64,000 nt of DNA, from positions 64,001 to 128,000 of IMG/VR virus record IMGVR_UViG_2061766007_000586; one strand, given 5' to 3'. The position numbers and the translations under genes are program-made. The notes under the pieces are model-generated. The model searched no databases and was not told the DNA's origin. It worked only from the letters and a program-made list of their open reading frames with translations. Positions within the stretch are counted from its first letter, which is position 1. Each line of letters begins with the position of its first letter. Positions 9,715 to 19,758 of the stretch are shown here, one piece after another. Source of the DNA: a virus (Duplodnaviria; Caudoviricetes).

Positions 9715-9735
9715 ACATCAATCACAATCTATACC

Positions 9736-12132
9736 TTAAACAGGTACGGTTTCAGATTCTTCAATATAGCGGCGAATGTTAGAAACATTCACATGCTTTT
9801 CAATTTTACCATTATGAATGACAACTAAAGTAGGAGCTTGCTGAACACCATACTTCTTTGTCATTTCTTGTTCTTCATTAGCAATTACAATTTCATATTT
9901 GATGTTTGCACGATCTAAGAAACGAATTGCCATCTTGCAATTGGGACACGTACGAGTTGAGAAAAGAAGAACCTTGTCTTCGCCTACTTCTTGTGGCTTA
10001 ATTTCGCAAGCAGCACACTTCTTTTCTTCTTCAACTTTTACACCTTTATTCTCTAAAGACTTATCAACATTGTAAGTCTGACGGTCTTTATATTCCTGCA
10101 GCTTACCATCGTTCCAGTTTTGTACAGGACGATAATAACCAGTAATACGACTATAAACTTCAGTATTTTCACCACACTTGTCACATTTCGGTTTTTCACC
10201 AGCTATGTAACCATGGTTCTTACAAACTGAATAAGTCGGGGAAAGTGTATAGTACGGAAGTTTATAATTTTCAGCAATCTTGCGAACAAGCATTGCTGCA
10301 CTCTTCCAGCTAGGAAGCTTTTCACCTAAGAAAGCATGGAATACTGTTCCTGAAGTGTAGAGTGTCTGGAACTTATCTTGAATATCCAGCGCAGCAAACA
10401 CATCATCAGTATAGCCAACAGGAAGATGCGAACTATTTGTATAATAAGGTGTATCATTATCTCCGCTCACAGCTGTGATAATATCAGGGAATTGCTCTTT
10501 ATCGTGTTTTGCTAAACGATAAGAAGTAGATTCAGCAGGAGTTGCTTCAAGGTTATACAGATCACCATATTTTTCCTGATAATCAGAGAGGCGTTCTCTC
10601 ATGTGATTCAGAACAGCTACAGTAAAATCTTGAGAAACAGGATCTGTCAAATCTCTTCTAATCCAGTTAGCATTTAAGCAAGCTTCATTCATACCAACTA
10701 ATCCAATTGTGGAGAAGTGGTTATCTAACTTACCAAGATAACGTTTGGTATAAGGATAAAGACCTGCATCAAGGAAACGAGTAATTGTTTTACGTTTGAT
10801 ATGCAACGAACGAGCTGCAATATCCATCAGTCTATCTAAGCGCTTATAAAAATCTTTTTCATCAGTAGCCTGATAAGCAATACGAGGCATATTGATTGTA
10901 ACAACACCAATACTACCAGTACTTTCACCACTACCAAAGAATCCACCAGATTTCTTTCTAAGCTCACGAAGATCAAGACGAAGTCTGCAGCACATGCTAC
11001 GAATATCACTCGGCTCCATATCACTATTTACATAGTTAGAGAAATATGGAGTACCATACTTCGAAGTCATTTCAAACAGGAGTCTATTATTTTCAGTGTC
11101 ACTCCAATCGAAGTCTTTTGTGATTGAGTAAGTAGGAATTGGATACTGGAAACCACGTCCATTTGCATCACCTTCAATCATGATTTCAATGAAGGCTTTG
11201 TTAATCATATCCATTTCTTTCTTACAATCTTTATACTTGAAATCCTGTTCCTTACCACCAACAATAGCAGGAAGCTCTGCTAAGTCATTTGGCACAGTCC
11301 AGTCAAGAGTGATGTTGGTGAACGGAGCTTGTGTTCCCCAACGTGACGGTGTATTCACACCAAAAATAAATGACTCAATACATTTCTTAACTTGATTGTA
11401 ACTGAGATTATCAACTTTCACGAATGGTGCAAGATAAGTATCGAATGATGAGAACGCTTGAGCTCCAGCCCATTCATTCTGCATGATACCTAAGAAGTTA
11501 ACCATCTGATTACAGATTGAAACAAGGTGAGATGCGGGAGCACTTGTGATCTTTCCAGGTACTCCACCAAGTCCTTCTTGAATCAATTGCTTTAATGACC
11601 AACCTGCACAATAACCAGTGAGCATTGATAAATCATGAAGATGAATATCAACGTTTCTATGAGCGTTTGCAATTTCATCATCATAAATTTCTGATAGCCA
11701 ATAATTTGCTGTTAATGCACCAGAGTTAGATAAAATTAAACCACCAACTGAGTAAGTTACAGTCGAATTTTCCTTTACTCTCCAGTCAACATTTTTCAGG
11801 TAGCTATCAATCGTGGTTTTGAAATCAATGATAGTTGACTTCGTATCACGTAATTTGGTACGCTGACGACGATACAGAATATATGCTTTTGCTATATCAG
11901 CATATCCTGCTTGGATCAGCACTTGTTCCACGCAATCCTGAATATCTTCTACTGTGATAATACCATCCTTGATTTTAGAATCAAAGCTTGCTGTCACCTT
12001 CAAAGCTAAGAAATCAATAACATCAGGATGATAATTTTTCTCCTGCGCATCGAACGCCGATTTGATTGCATTTGTGATTTTTGTAATGTCGAAATCAACG
12101 GTACGTCCGTCACGCTTTTGCACTTGATACAT
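9736..12132 (-). CDS. nrdD: Anaerobic (class III) ribonucleoside-triphosphate reductase with ATP-cone and C-terminal glutaredoxin-like domain
   Basis: N-terminal ATP cone (VQKRDGR), GYCAGW, finger loop SMCCRL, Zn site CKNH...CDKC, glycyl-radical motif YSRITGYY, C-terminal CPNC...QAPTL. Confidence 0.95.
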   Translation of the reverse strand: MYQVQKRDGRTVDFDITKITNAIKSAFDAQEKNYHPDVIDFLALKVTASFDSKIKDGIITVEDIQDCVEQVLIQAGYADIAKAYILYRRQRTKLRDTKSTIIDFKTTIDSYLKNVDWRVKENSTVTYSVGGLILSNSGALTANYWLSEIYDDEIANAHRNVDIHLHDLSMLTGYCAGWSLKQLIQEGLGGVPGKITSAPASHLVSICNQMVNFLGIMQNEWAGAQAFSSFDTYLAPFVKVDNLSYNQVKKCIESFIFGVNTPSRWGTQAPFTNITLDWTVPNDLAELPAIVGGKEQDFKYKDCKKEMDMINKAFIEIMIEGDANGRGFQYPIPTYSITKDFDWSDTENNRLLFEMTSKYGTPYFSNYVNSDMEPSDIRSMCCRLRLDLRELRKKSGGFFGSGESTGSIGVVTINMPRIAYQATDEKDFYKRLDRLMDIAARSLHIKRKTITRFLDAGLYPYTKRYLGKLDNHFSTIGLVGMNEACLNANWIRRDLTDPVSQDFTVAVLNHMRERLSDYQEKYGDLYNLEATPAESTSYRLAKHDKEQFPDIITAVSGDNDTPYYTNSSHLPVGYTDDVFAALDIQDKFQTLYTSGTVFHAFLGEKLPSWKSAAMLVRKIAENYKLPYYTLSPTYSVCKNHGYIAGEKPKCDKCGENTEVYSRITGYYRPVQNWNDGKLQEYKDRQTYNVDKSLENKGVKVEEEKKCAACEIKPQEVGEDKVLLFSTRTCPNCKMAIRFLDRANIKYEIVIANEEQEMTKKYGVQQAPTLVVIHNGKIEKHVNVSNIRRYIEESETVPV

Positions 12133-12190
12133 ACATGTACTCCTTTGTGATTTTGAGGTGAATCGCGTATAAAATATCCAGTCAAAACTT

Positions 12191-14287
12191 TTATCTCTTT
12201 AACATGAATCTCAACTTTGTTAAGAAGTCTGTATCGACTACATTTTGAGATTCCGTTTCTTGTTGAATAGCTGAAACAGAGACGTGATCTTCCTGGATCA
12301 TATTCGGATTAAAGATATCTTGAAGTGATTTTAATTCACGTTCATATGTGGCTTTACGAATTGGATTTGCTTCCAGTTGTAAAATGCCTCTTAACTCTTT
12401 AATTCGTTTATCAATTTGTTGATGTCTTGCTTTAACAGAAGGATCAACTGATTCACCGGTGTTTGTTACACCTTGTAAAATCAGATTATTAGGAATACCA
12501 TACATGTGATGATTCTTGCCATACAAAGCAAACCATCCTGCTAACATCATAGACATAGTTAAGTCATCGTGTTGACCAATGATGTGATCGATACGTCCGT
12601 TACGAACTGAAAGAGCTTTGATTTCTTCTGAAAGGTTATAGTCAAAAACACGATCAGCCATAATGTTAAGTTGATTGATCAAGACCTTTCCATATAAATC
12701 ATCACGAGATGCAGCAGTTGTATTATAACCAAAATGCTTGCGATTAATACCCGATGACAGGTCAATTCTATCTAAGTCTTTTGATGTAGTTGACCAATCC
12801 TGTATAAATGTATTGTAGATACGTCTATAAGGAGATTCATGATGAGAAATCATCTTATCAATCAGAACATCAACAAGAACTGCACCATTCTTATTACGTT
12901 CAGGAATAATAACAGAGTTTGGTAATTCTTCCATTAAATCGATTACACATTGTGCAACATGAGTAAAGGATGGTGTATTAACACGACAAGTTGCAATGAC
13001 ACCAAGATCAGTAGGATCAAGAACGCAAAGTGTTGTAAAGTCTTCACCCACATTATCTGAAGTATCACAACCAATAATGTAATGCTTATTTCTATTATCT
13101 TCATTTAAAATAATGGACTTGGATACATACCAGTTCACCGTTAATGTTCCATAAGTACTGTAATCAATTGGCTCGATAACAGAAGCAGCAACTCTCTTCA
13201 ACAACGCTGCAGGAACAACACTGGATCCGGTACCAACCTGCCAAATATTCAAATAGTCTGTTTCAATTTCTACCTGAGTCTTATCTGCAGTAACTCTCTT
13301 TAACCATTCATCGGTTTCACCGAGTTGCTGGTAAGAATACTCTAAGTAGAACATATTGTTTGTAGATTCCCTATCCAAGAATGCTTGTAATGCTTGTCTA
13401 TCAGGAAGATCATACAAAGTTTCTTTAAATCTAGCAGCATGTGATTTAATGCGATAGGCATATGCACCAGCTGGTGAAGCTAACTGACCTGCAGTTGTAG
13501 TAATAATCTTACAAGTAGGTAATCCCATTTCATGTGCAATCTTACTTGCCATATCCATAGAAGCTGCTGCTGATGGATAACTCAAATCAATGTTACGATA
13601 GTAAGCGAACTCGTCCCAGTGCTGTAATGGAATTGTAGCACCACGAGCCTGCTTAGCAGCTGCCAATCTATCGCCTTGAGCTACATAAGTTTTATATTCA
13701 TTATTAAGAGCAGCGTAGCTCAAACCCTCTTTATTATCTGTATCACGTACAGATCTGGACACAAGAAAATCAGGGAGATTATTTCTCATATCTTTCATAC
13801 GTTTAACGTTATCCTGAATCAGGGTATCGTCTTTTGCGAACATTGCTATTGTAGCATTGGTATAACCAAAGTACATAGCCCATGAGTCTAAGGATATAGT
13901 ACCAATCGTTTTACCTTTCTGACGAGGCATTGTGATAAACGTATTGACACTATTTGCAAAGCACCAAGATAGTGCTAAATTAGCACGATTTAACTGATAA
14001 GGAATTGGTGCAGAACCAGGAGCACTGATTCGTATCACTTCTCTTAAATAATACCAAATATTGATTTTACACTCGTGCGCTATTCGCGCAACGAGCTCAC
14101 TACTTGGATCGGTTAAATTATGAGGATCGTACTTTGCCAGTTCAGGCTGACTTAAATGCAGAAAGAATTTGTTATTTTTAATTCCCATACGTTCCAGGAG
14201 GAATACCATACGAATAAAAGATCTATTCTTTGTATTCGTCTGGAGCATTCCTCCCTGTGTCTGATAATCAGCTTGGAACAATAACAT
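12191..14287 (-). CDS. terL: Terminase large subunit, phiKZ type
   Basis: Walker A MPRQKGKT, Walker B WDEFAY, motif III ITTTAG, nuclease residues IGCDTS, IPERNK and HDD; N-terminus TKNRSF is typical of phiKZ-like TerL. Confidence 0.92.
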   Translation of the reverse strand: MLLFQADYQTQGGMLQTNTKNRSFIRMVFLLERMGIKNNKFFLHLSQPELAKYDPHNLTDPSSELVARIAHECKINIWYYLREVIRISAPGSAPIPYQLNRANLALSWCFANSVNTFITMPRQKGKTIGTISLDSWAMYFGYTNATIAMFAKDDTLIQDNVKRMKDMRNNLPDFLVSRSVRDTDNKEGLSYAALNNEYKTYVAQGDRLAAAKQARGATIPLQHWDEFAYYRNIDLSYPSAAASMDMASKIAHEMGLPTCKIITTTAGQLASPAGAYAYRIKSHAARFKETLYDLPDRQALQAFLDRESTNNMFYLEYSYQQLGETDEWLKRVTADKTQVEIETDYLNIWQVGTGSSVVPAALLKRVAASVIEPIDYSTYGTLTVNWYVSKSIILNEDNRNKHYIIGCDTSDNVGEDFTTLCVLDPTDLGVIATCRVNTPSFTHVAQCVIDLMEELPNSVIIPERNKNGAVLVDVLIDKMISHHESPYRRIYNTFIQDWSTTSKDLDRIDLSSGINRKHFGYNTTAASRDDLYGKVLINQLNIMADRVFDYNLSEEIKALSVRNGRIDHIIGQHDDLTMSMMLAGWFALYGKNHHMYGIPNNLILQGVTNTGESVDPSVKARHQQIDKRIKELRGILQLEANPIRKATYERELKSLQDIFNPNMIQEDHVSVSAIQQETESQNVVDTDFLTKLRFMLKR

Positions 14288-14289
14288 AA

Positions 14290-14784
14290 TTAAATTTCAT
14301 CAACACTATTAATAATTGCAGGACGCAGGTTTGCAATCGCACCTGGTTTTGATAATAGAGCTTTGTTACGCTCTCTTAATCTACGACGATTTCTTGCACT
14401 AGCAAATGCTCTCTTCTCATCTGTTGTCAGATAAGCAGAACCATATACTTTACTAATGTGTTTTGTATCTCTATTATAAGAAGCAAGATACCAATTATCT
14501 TTATAATAGATTGCGAATTTTGTGATTGAGAAATTAACCGAACCAATCGCAACAGCATCTCTGAAACGTTCACACTGATCTGCCATATTGATATAGTCTT
14601 CTTTAGTTAATTCCGGCTTAGAAGTATCTTTAATACCAAGCTCTTCTTTAATCTTCTCAATCTTCTTAGCCTTCTTCTCTTTAGGAGGAGTTGGCGTTGC
14701 GTCGACATCTACTTTTGTTTCTACAGGTTCTACAGGTTTAATAACCTTTGATTTAGAACTCTTTTTACTTTTTTTAGAAGCCAT
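14290..14784 (-). CDS. Hypothetical Lys-rich basic protein directly upstream of TerL
   Basis: 164-aa ORF with AAGGA RBS, ending 2 nt before the terL start. Confidence 0.7.
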   Translation of the reverse strand: MASKKSKKSSKSKVIKPVEPVETKVDVDATPTPPKEKKAKKIEKIKEELGIKDTSKPELTKEDYINMADQCERFRDAVAIGSVNFSITKFAIYYKDNWYLASYNRDTKHISKVYGSAYLTTDEKRAFASARNRRRLRERNKALLSKPGAIANLRPAIINSVDEI

Positions 14785-14807
14785 AATAAAAATCCTTTAA
14801 AAAAGAA

Positions 14808-14837
14808 ATAGAGATAGGGGAGAATCCCTATCTCTAT
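14808..14837 (-). terminator. Intrinsic terminator
   Basis: ATAGAGATAGGG/CCCTATCTCTAT inverted repeat followed by a U-tract on the minus strand. Confidence 0.75.
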
Positions 14838-14842
14838 CTATG

Positions 14843-15472
14843 TTACGCTTGAGCGAAAATGTCGTCATCAGGTGGGAGGTTACTTCTTCCACCTGATTTA
14901 TTGCCAAAATCACTCTGGCTGTTATAAGACGATCCACCACCTCTATTACCGCCACTATATCCACCACCCTGATTTTCCATCGGGAAGGACGAAAGCTGAA
15001 CCTGCACCGGAACAACATTTCGAAGATGATGAATTAAATGACTGAAAGTAGTTTCACTCTTCTCATCGGGCGGAATCTCACCCGTACCAAAAGCGATTGC
15101 ATTGATATTGACAATCGGGAAATCATAGTTCTGACCATTTGCCTTCAGAATGATGTGATAAACTTTCTTCTCATCTTTCTTCAGGACTAGAATGTAATCA
15201 AGCTTTCTCTGCTTCTCTTTATAATCATACGTATTATAAACCAGAGAATACTCTTTGCCAGGATCTGCTTTCAGAAGATTTGTCATGTAACGACTAACCA
15301 AGAAGGTTTCATCCTCTTTCAACGACTTGTTGAACAGAGGTTTCTGATTACGATCCGGACCATAAACCGACATCATCAGATGTCCCATCCAGACGCGGAA
15401 TTGTAACGTGCCATCTTTCGAACGATAGCTCGGACCTTTAAGTCTAAGGTCATCAATGTTGTATTTTCCCAT
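14843..15472 (-). CDS. Conserved phiKZ-group protein (gp67-like position) with SSB-like Gly-rich and acidic tail
   Basis: Ends in a Gly-rich linker and PPDDDIFAQA; second gene after SbcD, as in the phiKZ gene order. Confidence 0.55.
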   Translation of the reverse strand: MGKYNIDDLRLKGPSYRSKDGTLQFRVWMGHLMMSVYGPDRNQKPLFNKSLKEDETFLVSRYMTNLLKADPGKEYSLVYNTYDYKEKQRKLDYILVLKKDEKKVYHIILKANGQNYDFPIVNINAIAFGTGEIPPDEKSETTFSHLIHHLRNVVPVQVQLSSFPMENQGGGYSGGNRGGGSSYNSQSDFGNKSGGRSNLPPDDDIFAQA

Positions 15473-15493
15473 TCGTGGGTTCTCCTTTACGGG

Positions 15494-16357
15494 TTAAATA
15501 TGATAAGGTAATAAAATTTGGTTTTGATGAAGTTTGGTTTCTATATCTTTTTCTGCTAACAGATACCAAGTCTCTTTTGTCATAGTCTCTATTAGTTTTC
15601 TTTTAGCTCCTCTTTGCAGAGCAGCTTTCATATCTACTTTATCCCCAAGCAAGATATGAGTAGATTGATTAAACGGCAATAAGGGTTTGTTGAATACCAT
15701 CTCACTTAATGCTTCTGCAGTATGTTTAGCTCCAGTGAAGGAAGAGACTAAAATCCACTTATTCATATTAGAGTGAAGGTGATAATCAATAGGATGATGA
15801 CTCACCATCAAAACATTATGAAGATTTTCTGCACTAAGAATATCCTCTTGTAAATGGATGTATGGTGGAATTTTGCCTTCGAAATAAAGCTGAGCAAAAT
15901 TTAATTTCCAATTACCATGTCCATTCTGAGAATACTTAATACGATCTCTTACAATCTGTTCCACTCGAGCAACAAACTGATCAGTAGGAAATCTATAATA
16001 AGTAGAAGGTATGATTGTAGAATAATCTGCTATGTATACTCGAATATATCGAACCATAGGTGTAGTTGGCATACATGCAAAATCTGCTTCAATATTTGAA
16101 ACTAGAATCTGAAGTGTTCGCATGACATTATCAGCTACTGCTTCTAATGTATTTTTAGCAACCATATCTTTTTTCAGTTCAGTTGAGTAAACTGTACTAC
16201 AGACATTTCGACAAATTGTGGAAGCATTAATTAAAATAGTATCAATATCACAATTGGGTGATAATAAAATATTTTGAATTGTTTCACTAACGGGTTGACT
16301 ACCTAAGTCTAATGTACTACCATCTAGACTCATGGTATTAATCAGTTCCTGTTCCAT
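15494..16357 (-). CDS. Conserved phiKZ-group protein (gp66-like position), possible degenerate nuclease fold
   Basis: 287 aa, overlapping the sbcD stop; motifs ILINASTICRN, SHHPID, SFTG, LPFN...LLGD. Confidence 0.55.
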   Translation of the reverse strand: MEQELINTMSLDGSTLDLGSQPVSETIQNILLSPNCDIDTILINASTICRNVCSTVYSTELKKDMVAKNTLEAVADNVMRTLQILVSNIEADFACMPTTPMVRYIRVYIADYSTIIPSTYYRFPTDQFVARVEQIVRDRIKYSQNGHGNWKLNFAQLYFEGKIPPYIHLQEDILSAENLHNVLMVSHHPIDYHLHSNMNKWILVSSFTGAKHTAEALSEMVFNKPLLPFNQSTHILLGDKVDMKAALQRGAKRKLIETMTKETWYLLAEKDIETKLHQNQILLPYHI

Positions 16358-17462
16358 CTAAAATCTCCTTGATTCTATCCCTAGTGAGCTCGGGATATTT
16401 TTGATGGACGTTGTCATAAATCAGATCAGGTAGATTACTTACTGTTATTAAAGGAAGATCATGCGTAATATCAGTTTGATACATCATGTCTTCTTTCTTA
16501 GCTTCAGTAATATGTTTTTCTGTGAAAACTGCATAAGGATATTTATCCTTCATTGCAGGCATTACAGCACTACCATCTCCGATTAACCGGATATGCATGA
16601 CGCGATTTAAAGCATTCTCGTAAATGAATGCTTGTTCAACGCGTCTATCTAAATACGACATTACCTCTTCTGTCGACGGATGTAAACTTAGATCAATTGT
16701 AATAAAAGGAACTGCCTCTTTATTCCTTATAAATCTAACAATTGATGTATGTTTATCAGGATCGTACTCTGCTGTCCAAAACCCTTTATCTTCTTCTTCA
16801 GCGTGTCTGAATCGTTCAAAGCTTCCACCAGAGATTACTTTATTCCAAATGCTAGGACTATGTACATGACCATTAAAAATATGACAACGTACTTTTGATT
16901 CTAACTTATTGTAGTCCAAACAATCATGTGGTCTAGTCGGTATCGTAGAAGGAAGTAAATGATCCCAAAAACCATGACAACAGAAATAATCTACAGCATC
17001 AAGATGATTTGCATCTAATACATCTAAGATAGCTTGTGTCACATCTTCATGTGGTTGATCATCTGGACAATACAAAATGTCAAGATTATACGGTGTAAAT
17101 CTCTCTACTTCAATCTTTTCAATAATCCGAATAAGTGGAATATCTTTGTACATAGGTATTTCTCTTGCACGATCAATAAATAAACGATTTTGATATCGAT
17201 CATGGGAGAATGTACCACGCAATACTCTAACGTAAATATGATTCTTGACTGCTAATTCAATTAATTCATCGATGATAAAGAGTGCAATGATGCCAGCATC
17301 AGAATTGAGGTTCAGAAGACAATCAAAGAAATCTCCACCCAACAATAGTAATTGTGCAGTTTCAATTTCTGGATACGCATACTTGCGTAAACTTTCATGT
17401 ATTCGATCAAGATAAACTTTTGGAGCACCAATATGAATATCTGTCAAGAATACAATTTTCAT
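16338..17462 (-). CDS. sbcD: SbcD/Mre11-like metallophosphoesterase nuclease
   Basis: DIHIG, GGDFFD, LRGTFSHD, HG, GHVH, GSFER...EEEDKG motifs. Confidence 0.9.
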   Translation of the reverse strand: MKIVFLTDIHIGAPKVYLDRIHESLRKYAYPEIETAQLLLLGGDFFDCLLNLNSDAGIIALFIIDELIELAVKNHIYVRVLRGTFSHDRYQNRLFIDRAREIPMYKDIPLIRIIEKIEVERFTPYNLDILYCPDDQPHEDVTQAILDVLDANHLDAVDYFCCHGFWDHLLPSTIPTRPHDCLDYNKLESKVRCHIFNGHVHSPSIWNKVISGGSFERFRHAEEEDKGFWTAEYDPDKHTSIVRFIRNKEAVPFITIDLSLHPSTEEVMSYLDRRVEQAFIYENALNRVMHIRLIGDGSAVMPAMKDKYPYAVFTEKHITEAKKEDMMYQTDITHDLPLITVSNLPDLIYDNVHQKYPELTRDRIKEILDGTGTD

Positions 17463-18124
17463 AAGAATTCTTCTACCTCTTCCGAACCTGGATTTACTGG
17501 AGTATTATTTCCTTGATATTGCCTAATGATTTCTTCAGATAATTCTTCTCCTGAATCTTCATTCTGCTGAACAGTTTTACCTGACTGAGCTAATGCTTGA
17601 GCTGCCATCTCTTGAGCTTGTTTCTTATTTGTATCAAGCTTATTCTGATCAGTCATGAGATTAATCGCAGTCTGTAAACTTTTGCTATAAGTTTGTTTCT
17701 TACGATCAAATCTATCATCAATGTCTGTTGCCGCAAGATTGTTGAATGCTTGCATGATATTCACACCATCTTTTCCAAGATTGTTCACAACACCAATCTT
17801 GTTATAAATGGCAGGTAGAGTTAAAACAACATTATCAGGTTTCAATAATTCCTCTACTGTAGAGAAACTCATATCTTTTACAATATAGACAGGATGATAA
17901 GGATCAATCCTATTCATGTATTCAAGAGACAAACCTCTTAATTCCTCTGCATTGATATCGCCAGATGTTTCAAACAATCTCTTGTACTGTTCAAAATCTT
18001 CTGTACTCATAATGTTCTTACGATATACTTGAAGATTGAACAAATGTGCCAGCTTCTTCGATTCTTCTGGGTCATCTAATCGATCAAAATCGACTGTACA
18101 ATTATCGTTGTTCTTTAAGTTCAT
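17459..18124 (-). CDS. Hypothetical protein
   Basis: Start moved to MNLKNND (18124) after AAGGAGGT; the longer ORF would begin inside a terminator. Confidence 0.7.
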   Translation of the reverse strand: MNLKNNDNCTVDFDRLDDPEESKKLAHLFNLQVYRKNIMSTEDFEQYKRLFETSGDINAEELRGLSLEYMNRIDPYHPVYIVKDMSFSTVEELLKPDNVVLTLPAIYNKIGVVNNLGKDGVNIMQAFNNLAATDIDDRFDRKKQTYSKSLQTAINLMTDQNKLDTNKKQAQEMAAQALAQSGKTVQQNEDSGEELSEEIIRQYQGNNTPVNPGSEEVEEFL

Positions 18125-18178
18125 GTGTACCTCCTTGTGTGTATAAAGTATATAATAAAAATTATTTAAAATTTTTAA

Positions 18179-18206
18179 TAGGATGTGCTCAGATGAGCAC
18201 ATCCTA
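18179..18206 (-). terminator. Terminator hairpin
   Basis: TAGGATGTGCTCA-ga-TGAGCACATCCTA. Confidence 0.7.
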
Positions 18207-18211
18207 CAAAA

Positions 18212-18601
18212 TTAATGAGCAAGCACAAATAAACCACTATGATCTTTTTTAATACGTTCCATTTGAATAACTGGATTTCCGATACTATCAATAATACGAA
18301 GATCCATAGTGTAACATGTTGGGTCGTTTTCATCAGGAATTACCTTGATATCACAAGTATATTCAGGATAATAATGATGAATAGCCTCGTTCAATAATTG
18401 CTGAATACCTGGCACGAGCTTAGAGCTATCTTCAGTATATTTTGCCATGCTCTTTCTCATACTCAGTAAACTATCATCATACCAAGATGAGATCCATCCT
18501 GGATTAAACATAAGAAATTTTAATAAACTAATCATCTTGTCTGATTTATTCTCAGCAAGTGGATGATTAATATCAAGTTGAGGTACAACTGCTTTTGCCA
18601 T
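18212..18601 (-). CDS. Conserved small phiKZ-group protein (gp62-like), probably virion
   Basis: Start MAKAVVPQL at 18601 after AAGGAGA; has its own late-type motif at 18626-18634 and flanking hairpins. Confidence 0.6.
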   Translation of the reverse strand: MAKAVVPQLDINHPLAENKSDKMISLLKFLMFNPGWISSWYDDSLLSMRKSMAKYTEDSSKLVPGIQQLLNEAIHHYYPEYTCDIKVIPDENDPTCYTMDLRIIDSIGNPVIQMERIKKDHSGLFVLAH

Positions 18602-18625
18602 AATTCTATCTCCTTCAATAAGATT

Positions 18626-18634
18626 CATAAAATG
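18626..18634 (-). promoter_or_regulatory. Late-type promoter motif CATTTTATG
   Basis: Identical core to the sites at 4201 and 48353. Confidence 0.6.
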
Positions 18635-18645
18635 AAAAAACAAAG

Positions 18646-18676
18646 CTGTGCTGCATGGAAATTCCATGCAGCACAG
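18646..18676 (-). terminator. Intrinsic terminator
   Basis: CTGTGCTGCATGGA/TCCATGCAGCACAG followed by a U-rich tract. Confidence 0.8.
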
Positions 18677-18682
18677 TGAAGT

Positions 18683-19324
18683 TCAGACAGAAATGGTATT
18701 ACTTAAATCAGTAATATCTCTTCTTTGTCCATCCTCGCCAAGTTCTCTGGCTAATTCTTCCATTAAGAACTTACGAGATTGTTCGAGAATATCCATTTGC
18801 TCTTCCGTCATCTGGAAATCTATCTCTGCCGTATCATAGGTAGAGACGATAGCTTCAGGAAGATTGTCAGCATCGTCTGGATGAATTGTAATTCTACCAT
18901 TCTCAAGCTGTTTGCCATAGACATCCTCATCTGGGAATGTTGCTGGATCCCAGTTCCAAGCAGACAGTTTACCTTCTTTGAATAATTCAAATACGCCTGG
19001 TGTCATCAGGAGTGCAGGTTGCATACAAGCTGGCGCTGCAGCTAGTGCTTCTTCACTATCTATCACACGCCAATGTTCAGGATACAGAACACTTTGTGTA
19101 ACTTCACGTATCAGATTATCAGTTCGAGCAATTTGTCCTTGGATCAATCCCATGAAATTGCGATAATGCTCATTCATAGGATTTGAAATTTGGCCAAAGG
19201 CCACAGAAGCCGTACCACCCCATTTAGAATTGATGTTATCAAGCACAACTTGGCTTTGTACTCCACCAATCAATCCATAAAGTGTAGGTACGTTATCTAT
19301 TTGTTGTAAGGGTGCTACGAACAT
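18683..19324 (-). CDS. Conserved phiKZ-group hypothetical protein (gp59-like position)
   Basis: 213 aa; AP..MQ..L...P motif and terminal DIT; located downstream of the beta-prime gene. Confidence 0.55.
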   Translation of the reverse strand: MFVAPLQQIDNVPTLYGLIGGVQSQVVLDNINSKWGGTASVAFGQISNPMNEHYRNFMGLIQGQIARTDNLIREVTQSVLYPEHWRVIDSEEALAAAPACMQPALLMTPGVFELFKEGKLSAWNWDPATFPDEDVYGKQLENGRITIHPDDADNLPEAIVSTYDTAEIDFQMTEEQMDILEQSRKFLMEELARELGEDGQRRDITDLSNTISV

Positions 19325-19350
19325 GGTAGATCTCCTTGTACGTTGCCCTC

Positions 19351-19746
19351 TTACTCAATTTCTTCCATGGTTACAGTTTCAGCAACCGTCGTCTGTTCCT
19401 CAGGTTGTGTTTCACCTTCAGTAGCAGAAGCTGATTCTTCTGTTGTTTCAACAGAGATCTTAGTTTCAGCAGCCGCTTTCTCTGCTGCTTTCTTCTTATC
19501 AATCTCTGCCTTAACTGCGTTGACAAGATCTTTGATTGTATGGATCGATTCAATTGTCGGATCATCAATATCGATGAAATAGTTTTCTTCACACGACATG
19601 ATGAGTTCCTGAATTTCATACACATCAAGTTTCAGATCATCAACTAAATTTGAGTCCATGGTAATCGAATCGTTCAAGAGTTTATCGTTTGCTTGATAGA
19701 ACTCCTGAATAATCGATTTAATGAGATCGAAGATTTGTTTTGACAT
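19351..19746 (-). CDS. Acyl carrier protein-like protein lacking the phosphopantetheinylation serine
   Basis: ITMDSNLVDDLKLDVYEIQELIMSCEENYFIDIDD...IHTIKDLVNAV aligns without gaps to AcpP, but DSL is DVY; acidic tail. Confidence 0.8.
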   Translation of the reverse strand: MSKQIFDLIKSIIQEFYQANDKLLNDSITMDSNLVDDLKLDVYEIQELIMSCEENYFIDIDDPTIESIHTIKDLVNAVKAEIDKKKAAEKAAAETKISVETTEESASATEGETQPEEQTTVAETVTMEEIE

Positions 19747-19758
19747 AACGCGTCCTTG

